A DNA stretch of 64,000 bases from Octopus vulgaris (Eukaryota). The translations under genes were made by a program, and so were the position numbers. Below the pieces are notes generated by a model. That model worked only from the letters and a program-made list of their open reading frames with translations. It made no database searches and was not told the origin of the DNA. Numbering within the stretch: position 1 is the first letter of the stretch; each line of letters begins with the position of its first letter. Where the stretch lies: positions 33,046,001 through 33,110,000 of the forward strand of contig OX597829.1 of the NCBI GenBank assembly GCA_951406725.2, given 5' to 3'. Shown piece after piece: positions 53,101 to 64,000 of this stretch.

Positions 53101-55949
53101 ATTGTCATAAACACTGATTTCAGTGTGAATACACACATACACATACACATGGACGTGCATGCATACGCACATGCATGTGTATATAAGTGAGTGAGTGTGT
53201 GTTTATGATCATGATCATAGTGATGATGATATTGATGCAACAGGCATGGCTGTGTGGTAAGAAGCTTGCTTCCCCACTATTTGGTTTTGGGTTCATTCCC
53301 ACTGTGCAGCACCTTAGCCAAGTTTCTTCTACTACACCCCAGGCCAACCAAAGCATTGTGAGTGGATATGTTAAAATGAAACTAAAAAAAGCCCATCATG
53401 TGTGTGTGTGTGTGTGTGCATGTTTTATTATCTCCCTGCCTTGACACCCTGTGATAGTTGTGAGTGTCGTTGGCATGCAAGTAGTGTCCTTTATTTCTAA
53501 TATTGAACATGCTTAGCCATGGGGAAATATTACATTACTTGAAAACATGTAAGGGTTGGTGCCAGGAAGGGCATCTGGCCATTCAAAATCTGCGTTTCAT
53601 GCATACAAATGTGTGTGTGTATAAAATATGTAAACGATATCTGATTGTTCCCATCCTTCAATTCTATGTATGTATATATATTTATTGTGTTGCTGACATT
53701 TTCCAATGATTTCTTCCGCTGTTTCGATGCACCCTTTTCTATCGTTAATAAAACTGTCAGCATTTTTTATGACAATAGTTTGGGAGAAGAGTAAATAATT
53801 GTTTTGTTTTTTACAAGGCAGCTTTACAATGAGCATAATGAATCATTGAAATTTAGCATAGCAAGTGCTATGTGTTCTTCAAAATTTTATGATCCAATCT
53901 ATGAGTCGAATCTTCAAGATATTGATATGGATAAGTATGGAATTGTAGAAAATGTTATCAAACTCCTGAAACAGTAGATAGCCATATGGAAGAAAGAAAT
54001 TACAAAAAATTTTCAGCCCATCCTCAATGTCTGGAATTTCAGAGAAAGCTGGCTGCTGTTTCTAGCAAACTAGCGACCTCATAGCCCATGGGTAATTTGT
54101 GGTGAGTGTAGGACAAAATCCCCTCAGTATGAAACAGGATAAAACATCCTCGGTTATTTTTTTCTGTATTAATTTAAGTAATTTATTGCTGAAGTAATCA
54201 TAAAAAATATAATAATCTTTTGTTGCGTTGATTCACTCTACCTGATCATTGCTTTGTCTACGTAAATACCATAATTCACCATGTCTAGATGAAAACATGA
54301 CTTCTTTAAAAAAACTAGCAGTGCAATAGAAGGCCAATAATGCAACCAGCCACTAAGGAAAGAATGCAGATAAGTGAGGATAAAGAAAAACACTATCCTG
54401 TTTCAGTGTATAATCTGTTTTGGAAATTACAGTATTCAGGTGGACAAAACAATGATCATGTGGTGTGAACCAACACAAAGAAAGATTATAATATTTTTCA
54501 TGTTCACTTGAGTAATAAAGTACTTACATTTATTCTTCTAATTTTAATGGTATTAAAAGGTTTTAAAGTTCAAAAATAGGAAAAAAATATACTTGAATTA
54601 ATTTGTCCAATTTCACACTTTAAGTTAGGTGGGTTTTGTTGGCAGAGGGTCTGGACCCCACTTGTAGCCCATGGAGCTTTCTGAATGACACACTAGGGGA
54701 AAATTACATTTTAGTAGTGCAGCTTGCTTGATGATAAGATATGTCTAATGGTATGCCCATGCATGCCTTAATTATTTGTGGGTTTCTTAATTCGTGATAT
54801 TAGCACTAATGTTGTACAGACATTTCTGTATTTATTTTTAAAATGTCTAGGTAGCTTCATATCCACTGTGCTGTAGGAAATGTACATTCTACAAAACTGA
54901 ATAAATAGGTTAACACAACCTATTTTAATATCACTCTATCAATATGTAGTGATTGTGTATTACATATAATAAATATATATCATATACACATATATAAAGA
55001 AAAAGTTGGAAGTTAAAATAAAAAATAAATTTTATATAGTGTGAGCATTCTTATATTTTTGCTATATATTCTATATAAAAAGTGTATATACTATGTCCAC
55101 TTCCCTACACTCTGTTGCAACCAGTAATTAACTGTTATAACCAGTCATTCCTCCTCCATACATCAACTTTCTGGTATTTCTTCCCTGTCTGTATTATTCC
55201 TGCAATTTTTCAAATAAAGCATCTATATTGATCTCACTGATTTTCAAAAGGTGTATGAAGGATTGGGACAGTGCTTTCATCTATTTTCAGTGTCGGACAA
55301 AAGCACCCTGGACAAAAGTCACATCCAGACAAAAGCCCCACGGTTCTCAGACATACCTTTTTTGACAAAAAAAAAATTACTTATAGATAAATTACCAATA
55401 ATTTGGGAATAAACAAATTTGACATTTATGGCACTGCGATTTTGTAATCGCTCTGTTATGTAGTAAGGCTAAATTTTATATTCTGTGTCCAGTAATGGTC
55501 AGCACATTGGTATGCAATGTTCTTTATTATTAGATAGAGAAAGAGAGAAAACTATAACAAATGACTTGTTCGGCAACAGCAACTGGAAATTAAAATTTTA
55601 GGAAATAGGTCAACATGACATAGTTTTTAAACTGGTTTTTTTTTTTTTTTGTAATTTAGATAATATATTTTCACATTCAGTTCGATTCTCTTCATCTCAC
55701 ACACACACACACACACAAAGGTGTATGTGTATATGTTTTATGTAGGTATGTAATCGATTGCTTCTATGTTGGTTTTATGTTTCTACACATTCTTGAAGTG
55801 TACTCTGTTATTCTGTTCTACTTATTTATTTTCGATTGAATATATTTTGTTCACTTAAAAATTGGAATTTTGGAAAATGATCTTTTTTTTTACAACCGCG
55901 ATTTCCGTTTTTGATTACATGAAATTATGTAAAAAAAAAAAATTTTAAT

Positions 55950-56585
55950 TTTGGCTGTTATTTCTAGCATGTGAAAAGGCCTATGCTTAACTTCATGTTC
56001 TTGTCGAAAATCACCTAAAAAATATTCTGCAGTCAATACATTCGACTAAAAGTTCCTCATGGCAGTGCCCCAGTATAGTCGCAGTCCAATGATTTGAAAC
56101 AAGTAAAAAGATTTTTAGAAAATAAAAAAAAACGAAGAATAACCAAAAATTATAACCAAGGAGGGTATTAAAAAATTTTAAGACGTTTGGCTGTTATTTT
56201 TAGCATGTAGAGAGACCTTCTTGGCTTAACTTCATGCACTGGTTGAAAATCGTTAAAAAAAATTCTGGTGTCAACACATTCGACTAAAAATTCCTCAAGG
56301 TGGTGCCCCAGCATGGCTACAGTTTAATGACTGCAGCTAATAAAAAGATTTAAAAAAAACAAAATATATCACAGAAGTGGTTTTGATCAGGCTTTAAAAA
56401 AATTCTGAGTTCCATACAGCCATCTAAAAATTCTTCAAGGTAGTGCCCCAGTATGGGTGGATGCTGTCTAATAACTGCAACAAGTAAAAAAAAATTTTAA
56501 TTCTAGGGTCAATACATTCAACTAAAAATTATTCAAGGTGGTACCCCAGCATAGCTACAGCCTAATGACTGAAACAAGTGGAAGG
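55950..56585 (+). repeat. Tandem array of four SINE-A-like 3' tail units
   Basis: CTAAAA.TTC.TCAAGGTGGTGCCCCAGCATGG...ATGACTG.AACAAGTAAA-like units at ~56043, 56281, 56423 and 56520. Confidence 0.7.
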
Positions 56586-56723
56586 TGAAAGGAAAGAAAT
56601 TACTGAAAAGTATAACTATGGGGCTTTTGTCCACTTTTACACTTAACTATGGGGTTTTTATACTGATGATTTTATATAAAATATAAAGGAAGTTTTTGTA
56701 AGTATTTTCATTTTCTTTTCCAG

Positions 56724-56805
56724 GCTCCACTGCTTACTCCTGTGACTGAAGACAAGTTTGCTTTCCTGACAGAGAAAGGAAGAATTCCAATTCCTATTTT
56801 ACCTG
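56724..56805 (+). CDS. ETFDH: ETFDH coding exon 5 ([27 protein letters not shown])
   Basis: ttttccag acceptor, G|GTTTGT donor, 82 nt. Conserved APL.TPVTED.F..LTEK.RIP.P. Confidence 0.95.
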
Positions 56806-59479
56806 GTTTGTTCATGGATTTTTTTCTTTTTTATATTAAACTAACTTAAATAGAATTAAATGACACAGCAAATTTTTCATTCAAATATATAATAACCATC
56901 TTAGCATCTTCATTTTTTTTTTTCAGGAAATGAAGTTTAGAACTTTTAAAGCTATTTAAGTGTCCTAATTTTAATACATGATCCTTGACCATACAATCAT
57001 AGAAAATATACCATTATTTATTTGTGCATAATGTGAGAAATTTAATGCAAAATATCGAATTTAAAATTCAAGCATGACATTAGGCGACAAATTGGCATAG
57101 TCATTAGAGCATTGTATAAAATGCCTCCCCCATTGTGTACTCTCAGTTCCAATCCCACAGAGGCTTATTTTTGCCTTTCATCCTTTCTTAATTAATAAAG
57201 TACCAATTGGTTGAGCTATCAGAAAATTGAACCTGATGCCTTGTTCCACATCTTTGCATTCTTTCAAATCTCATCATGGTTTATATAAGTTGTAGACTTA
57301 ACCGTCATCCAGTTTAACACCACCTTAGATGTCTTTAGTGCTGCTCTAAATGTTATATTACATTCAAACCAAATTTAACAGCAACTTCCTCTGTCCTGAC
57401 TAAAAGATAAAGAAATACTCAAGTATAAATAAATGAGGAGGATATATTACTGATATTGGACATTAAAAAATGTGGACGATAACATTATGTTATTATGTAT
57501 GAGATCACACATTTCTGTGGAAGAACATAGGCTCGAAACGTTAAAGACTTTTTCACTTCCCCAGCATTAAACTAATACCTGTTTGTTGTCTACACCACCT
57601 GTCTTTGTCTTTTGTTTTTTGTGAATTCTCCCTATATTTTAAATAACAAGCCATAGTTAGTCTTAAAGGGACTTTGCTTTATTAACTGTATGGGCTTATA
57701 GTTTTACAGTCAATATATGTGTGTATGTACATACGTGCATGTGTGTGTGTGTATGTATACGACCCTTGTATATGTTAAATGATAATTACTCAGAGTTTCA
57801 TATTGCAGTTATATATATCCTTGCATGAAAGGCTAGGTAACAAATTTTAATCAGTAAAGCTTATCTTGAGTCAGTAGTTTGCTGGGTTTCAAATCTCACA
57901 TTTTTTATTCTTCTTTCCTGTACACAACGGGCATTGGTAAAATATGTACCGTTAATAATAGGGTGTAATAACATTTTTTATTTTTGAAATGTGATTTTTC
58001 TTGAAATTATATATAGGTCATGCTAACCTTATTAGGAAATTATTTTCTTTCGCATTTTTATTCATTTTTAATGTAATTTTTTTTTTATGTAATATTCTAT
58101 AAAACATTAAGAAAGCATTTTATTGCTTCAAATTTTTGATCAAATTGGTAATTATAATGTCATTAGTTTCTTGTTTGAGTTTTGGGAATGTTTTTTTTTT
58201 ATGTGGGTAGGTTGTAAACCTTATCCATCATTATCGTCATCAGCTTCATTTTAACACCAACTTTTCTGTATGTGAATTGGTCAGCTCAAGTTCAAGCTTA
58301 AATGGCATACTGCTCCCACTGTGAAACTCTGCTGCTGTTACATACAGGCAGATATCTTACATAACATTTTTTTAAATGCTATTTAGTTTGGTTGTATTTT
58401 CTTTTTTTAGTCTTTTAATCAGTAAATATATCGCTGGTACAAGATATGAAAATGAAAGCAGCAGAAAATGTGTCAAAGGACCTGGGCTCCACTTTGAGCA
58501 GGGGTGTATATTACAGGTGTGCTAGTTTTTAGTTGAATGTATCGACCCCAGAATATTTTTAGTACATATAAGTAATTTAAGTTAGTAAAATTATACGGTT
58601 TCTTAATTTTCAGTGTGTGCACATAAGAAAATTATGGCTTATTTTAGAATGCTTACAATTTATAGGGTATTATTAATTCAGTTTACTTAGTGCAATATTT
58701 CTGTATCCCAATTGAATTAAGGTTACATAATTTACATTTTGGATCCCGCATTTTGAATAGAAATACACAGTTTGTATGCCTAATTTGAGTAATACTAACG
58801 TTAGTTATAGTATGGTCAGTGTGACATCACACCCAGTGACAACAACTACCATACGCCACTGACTTTGGGTGGTTGAAAATGTTATAATTGAATCTCTACA
58901 TTGGATTTGGCTTAACCAAACTCAAGCAAAGAAAATGGTGATATAATGTAGGAATCCCTTTTATGTGACAACGGAACAGTTCAAACCACCCAGCTAGCCC
59001 ATTATTGGATTCATCCTTATTATATCAGACACAAGACCAGCAATTTTGAAGGGCAAGATTAGTCGGTTATATCAACCCCAGAGGGATGAAAGGCAAAGTT
59101 GACTTCAGCATGATTTGAACACAAAATTTTAAGAATATTGCAAAGAATTTTTTTATGACACTCTAATGATTCTTGGCAATCCACCATTATTATATAATAA
59201 TAATAATTCTTTCTAATTTTGACACTAGGCCAACAATTTTCAGGGAATGGGAAATTGATTGCGTGGGCTCTCAGGACTTTATTTTATTGACTCCAAAAGT
59301 ATGAAAGCAAAATTGACCTTAACAAGATTTGAGCTCAGGACATAAAGAGCCAAAAAAAAGTGCTAGAAAGCATTTATGTCCGACACACTAACAATTCTGC
59401 CAGCTAGCTGCCTTCTATAATAATTATTATTATTTGTTTGTCTGTCTTTGTTAAAAATGACTAAGGACATCAAATGAGA

Positions 59480-60322
59480 GTAGAAGACAAGTTACAGTGT
59501 GTCCAGCTGTAGCTGATCAGTCTAATGCATGCTCGGAAGGCTCTGCTACAGATCTGCAAGGACTGAAGGGAAGGAGTTGGCTCTGGACTTGCTCAGTTCA
59601 TGTTTCCTTTGTGCCCCTGCAATCCTGATCTGATTGTCAGCATTGGCACCTTTGTTGCCGTAGCTTCATCAGGTCTTGTGTTTGCATTTCCCAAGGTGTC
59701 AGGGTTGATCTCAAAGCTCTTCAGTGAGACTTTGACCATATCCTCGAAGCACTTCTGTCCACCTTGTCTGCACTTGCCTTCTGTCAGTTTGCAGTAAAAC
59801 AATCTCTTGTGGAGTCATATATCGGGCGTTCAAATAAAGTGGCCTGACCACCTGACTTGCACTCTCCTCAGCAGTGTCTAAATGCTTGGCAGATCAACTC
59901 AAGAGAGACCCTCTGTGTCAGGGACCTTGTCTTGGTATAGTGTTCATAAACCATCCAAGTCGAACAGGTGTACAGTAGTGTAGTCAGTACAACTACTTGG
60001 TACACCTTCAACTTGGTGGCCAGCTTAATGTTTCCCCTTTCCCACACTAATTCATGCAGCCACACAAATCCTGAGCTCCCCTTAGCAATGTGTGTGTTGA
60101 GTTCATCATCAATGTTTGCAGATCTAGAGAGTATGCTGCCAGAGTATGTGCACAGGGTAGGTTGATGCATGACCTCTGTCTTCTAAGTACTGATTGTGAA
60201 GCCAAAGTTGTTGCAGGCAGTGAAAAAGCAGTTCGTGCTCTGCTGCATCTAGGCCTCTGTGGCAGTGTTGGGTGTGCAGTTATCTGCAAACAGGAAGTCG
60301 CACACTGGATGCTCTTCCACCT
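59480..60322 (-). mobile_element. RTE (BovB-like) LINE 3' fragment
   Basis: YSGSILSRSANIDDELNTHIAKGSSGF, TKLKVYQVVVLTTLLYTC.TW and EGKCRQGGQKCFED..K.SLK in ORFs 59868..60170 and 59593..59802. Confidence 0.8.
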
Positions 60323-60892
60323 CATTATTATTATTATTATTATTGAGTGAGAGAGCAGTGCATGCCATCAAAATGACACTGGGGTACAAATATACAAAGC
60401 CTAATATACACATCTGATAAGGTTAGTTCAAGTACATGCATCACAACCATATGTGCATGACATGGTGATCTCATATCAAGATTAACAACACATAACCTTG
60501 CAGGTGGGGCCCAGTTGGAATTTCTTTAAGTCAATAAACCCATTCTGCTCAAAAGGTCCCTGAATGGAGTTTGTTTAAGGATATGAACAAAACACCCATG
60601 TTTCCAGAGGTGAATTATTCAAACCCCAAAGAATCCCTCTCAACACATAGCTGTGATGTTCCCCCACTACTTCTGCTCATGATCAGAGACGCACATATCG
60701 TCAGCCACTAAGGGACATGTTCAACTGGTTACGGTCAAACAACTGACAAGCAAATCTGTGGTATTGAGCAGAATATTTTCTGTAGCCCATCTTCAAGACA
60801 AAATATGTACATGATAACACTTCCAATCAGTTAAAATCAAAAGCCATGAGAGCCACTACCTGGTACTGCATCAGGGCATTATTATTATTGTT

Positions 60893-60951
<59 letters not shown>

Positions 60952-61077
60952 GTTGTTATTATTATTATGGACAGCCTATAACCTCCACAGGCTGAAGTGA
61001 TACATTTTTTTCATTTCTCAAAATGGCCTCACTCCAATTTGTTGATCTTTTTCTTATTTATCTTTTTATATTCTCAG

Positions 61078-61196
61078 GAATGCCAATGAGAAATCATGGT
61101 AATTACATAGTCAGACTTGGAAATTTTGTTCGGTGGCTAGGAGAACAAGCTGAATCATTGGGTGTAGATGTTTACCCAGGAACAGCAGCTTCAGAG
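61078..61196 (+). CDS. ETFDH: ETFDH coding exon 6 ([40 protein letters not shown])
   Basis: ttctcag acceptor, GAG|GTAAAT donor, 119 nt. Lies inside ORF 61023..61274. Confidence 0.96.
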
Positions 61197-61585
61197 GTAA
61201 ATAAAATATATATGCAGGTTAAAGGTTGCAAGAGTAAGAGCAGGGGTGAGGGTGAAAATCAAGTCACAAAATAAACATTCATTTTCAATAAACCTTATAT
61301 GTTACATGTATCAAACACTCTTTTTTCTTTCATTTTAGCACAATTCAGTGTTTGTGTGTTTATGTAGCTGTGTATGAGAGAGAGAGAGAGAGAGAGTGTG
61401 TGTGTTTGTATCATATTTGATGGCATAAAAGATACAAATCTCAATTCCAGCAGTACATATTCAGAAAAAAAAATTTTTTGAAGACGTATTTCTGTAGGGG
61501 AAAAAGTGCATCTTATATGTCATCAAATACAGTAATTTATAGCTTCTTTTTATATTGATATTTGTCCCTTTATGTAAATTTGTAG

Positions 61586-61663
61586 ATCCTATTCAATGAA
61601 GATAACAGTGTAAAAGGCATTGCTACCAATGATGTTGGAATCCATAAAGATGGCTCACCAAAA
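61586..61663 (+). CDS. ETFDH: ETFDH coding exon 7 ([26 protein letters not shown])
   Basis: ttgtag acceptor, AAA|GTAAGA donor, 78 nt. Conserved [16 protein letters not shown]. Confidence 0.96.
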
Positions 61664-62897
61664 GTAAGACATTTCCTTTCCTTTGTTCATTTTTTTCTAT
61701 TGTTCCAAGATAATCTTAATATAATGATATATCAAACAAAGCATTGTGTCAACATTTCTGTTAAGGTTGTACGACTACATTGAAACTCTATCACTGGATC
61801 ATATGGTCCCTATTTTATACATTAAGTGTTTTACCAAGGGAGGTTTAGCTGCTACATTAAGGTCAAGTGACTGCTTTAGCACTGTATCACTGGATCATGT
61901 GGTTACTGTTTTCAGGTCAGTTGGGAATTCAGTTGAGGGGAAATTGATCACCAAATTGTACTGGCTACACAACTATCAGAAGCTTTTTTCCTGCTTTTTG
62001 TATAATTTGTAGCTTGATTCTCTTATTGTAGCCCTTTTTAAATACAGTATATGGGTTAGATAGTTTCACAAATAAGGATGATAATTGCTAAAGATTTGTT
62101 AGTAAAATGTTTTAGAAATTTTACACATTATATCAACAATGAAGTTAAAATGGTTCCTATTTTTTCAGAGAAATTACCTGAGAAAATTATAATAATGTTT
62201 CCTGTCAAAGAGAGCCTTACCATAATGGAACTTGTAATCTTTATCATTATCATAAAAACATCCAATTTTTTCCAAACTGCAATGCATTGGACAGGCTTTC
62301 AGTACAGTGAGTCCCCTCTGTTGTAAGCATTCAGACCAATTCTCAAATCTTTGCTCTATTTCCTATGATATTCTTGGAGGTACTGCAAAACAGTCCTGAG
62401 CCCTATATTTCCTCTTTTGACTAAGCCATAAAAAATTTTGTTTTTTAAATACCATGATGTGTTTTGATCCTGTGTCAGCTAATTTCTAAAGTCTAGTCTT
62501 CTTTGGTCTTCCTCTGCTAACACAGTACATTTTATTGAGTAATCATACAACTATTGATCAGACTACTGAATCAATAGTTCTGAATAATTGTTTTCAAAAT
62601 AAACTCTCTCCTTTATTGTAGAACTTTTAGTGAATGGCCTCCATCTTTCATGATGTTGACATCATGAAAACTTGACTTACTATATATTAACACTCAGTTT
62701 ATAGTTGAGGGGGATTTTGATCACTATTAAGTTGATAACAGGAATTGTTTTTGTTGTTAGTGTTCTTGTTGTTGTACCTTATGTTATTGCTGTTCTGCCA
62801 CATTGGTTGATAATTTTGTCAAAATATTTATAAAACAAGTTTTTCCATTGTTTATTTTCAACACAATGGCTACTTAAAGATTGCTTGTATTCAACAG

Positions 62898-63110
62898 GAA
62901 TCATTTGAAAGAGGAATGGAATTACATGCCAAGATGACTATATTCTGTGAGGGTTGTCATGGACATTTAGCTAAACAGTTGTACAAGAAGTTTGATCTGC
63001 GGAAGGATTGTGAACCACAGACTTATGCCATCGGTTTCAAGGAACTCTGGGAAGTTAATGAAGCAAACCACAAACCTGGGAAAATAGAACACTCAGTTGG
63101 ATGGCCTCTT
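62898..63110 (+). CDS. ETFDH: ETFDH coding exon 8 ([35 protein letters not shown]...[10 protein letters not shown]...HSVGWPL); gene continues beyond the window
   Basis: caacag acceptor, CTT|GTAAGT donor, 213 nt. Matches ORF 62916..63323 up to GWPL. Confidence 0.96.
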
Positions 63111-64000
63111 GTAAGTTCAATCTTCTACAGATGTACTTTCACTTTTATGGGGGGGGGGGATTTTTTTTTTTTTTATGTGAATTTGTTAGTCTCTACAAAA
63201 GGTAGTAGAATATCTCTCATTTCTACTCTATTGCAAGCATTCAGATCTGGTCTTTGGTTTGAGGACAGCTTCTCGTGGAAATTCTTTTTTCCTCCTGGCC
63301 AAGCAATAAAAAAAGGAAAGTAGTAACAGCACTTTCCAAGATATGTGAGCAGTACTTTAATATGGTTAATAATTTATCATGGCTGAAATATTTCCTGGTC
63401 CCAAGGAGTATTTATAACACAGTTTTAATAATGTTTAGTTTATCTGGTTTTTGAGGCCTAGTTTTTGCAAGAATTTTGAGTTTTTAGTTGTTTGTTATTT
63501 ATGAATGTGAGTTGTGAGACTATTTCTTTGACATGAGTACAGACTGAATTGCTATGCTATTGAAAAGTATGAGATAACCATGTCTTCATTTACATTCGTT
63601 ATTAAAGTTTTTGCCTTTGAATTTAGGTTACAGGTGAATGGCACCTAGAAGTGTGTATTGTTTAAGTGACAATAAATAATTAGGCCACTGATATATGGAA
63701 GGAAATGTATGTGTGTGTGTAACACATAGCTATAATTTGTGGTATACCATAGTTGCTAGAATGTAAACCATAGAGAGCCTCTGTGTATCAATACAATTAT
63801 ATAGCCTGATAGGAAACTGGTAAACCCAAAGGTGATCAATACACTAGAAGATTCTTATACCAAACACATAGTGGTGGCTTTGCGAATATCAAGAGCAACG
63901 TAGTTGCTCAAGGTTGATGGACAACAGATTAGTGACAGAAGATCTGGCTTTATATATATATATATAAAGTCTCAGTGGAGGGTGAAAGAAAAGAGGCGTA

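Noticed and set aside
55950-56585. CRISPR-like repeat/spacer appearance
   Set aside because: Units are diverged SINE tails with irregular spacing in a eukaryotic intron; no cas genes.
56912-56945. Strong-looking acceptor (T)n-CAG after exon 5 as an extra exon
   Set aside because: Exons 5 and 6 already join in frame with contiguous homology, and no convincing donor or coding frame follows.
63111-63323. ORF continuing after GWPL
   Set aside because: A GTAAGT donor lies at 63111 and the downstream translation has no ETF-QO similarity; it is intron.

Overview
AT-rich, repeat-dense eukaryotic DNA. The SINE/LINE repertoire and microsatellite load look like a coleoid cephalopod, probably octopus (inference). 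One host gene is recognisable: the 5' part of ETFDH (mitochondrial electron-transfer flavoprotein:ubiquinone oxidoreductase) on the + strand. It has 8 coding exons from 11993 to 63110, all with GT-AG junctions in compatible phase (873 nt, 291 codons), and continues past the window end. Upstream lie a decayed Ty3/Gypsy element, a Helitron Rep remnant with a palindromic CTAG terminus, a Merlin-like transposase fragment, and a TSD-flanked solo LTR nested in a composite foldback element. The introns (up to about 17.7 kb) hold RTE, CR1-like, Tx1 and Penelope relics, two SINE families, foldback elements and microsatellites. The two most interesting signals: (1) several minimal hammerhead-ribozyme motifs in Penelope-like inverted repeats, including a G3-C8 core variant on the pre-mRNA sense strand whose 5' half is masked by an adjacent perfect antisense copy; (2) a SINE that shares its 3' tail with a TSD-flanked Tx1 LINE in the same intron, with one copy preceded by a tRNA-Asp(GTC). 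All calls were made by eye; repeat boundaries are approximate.
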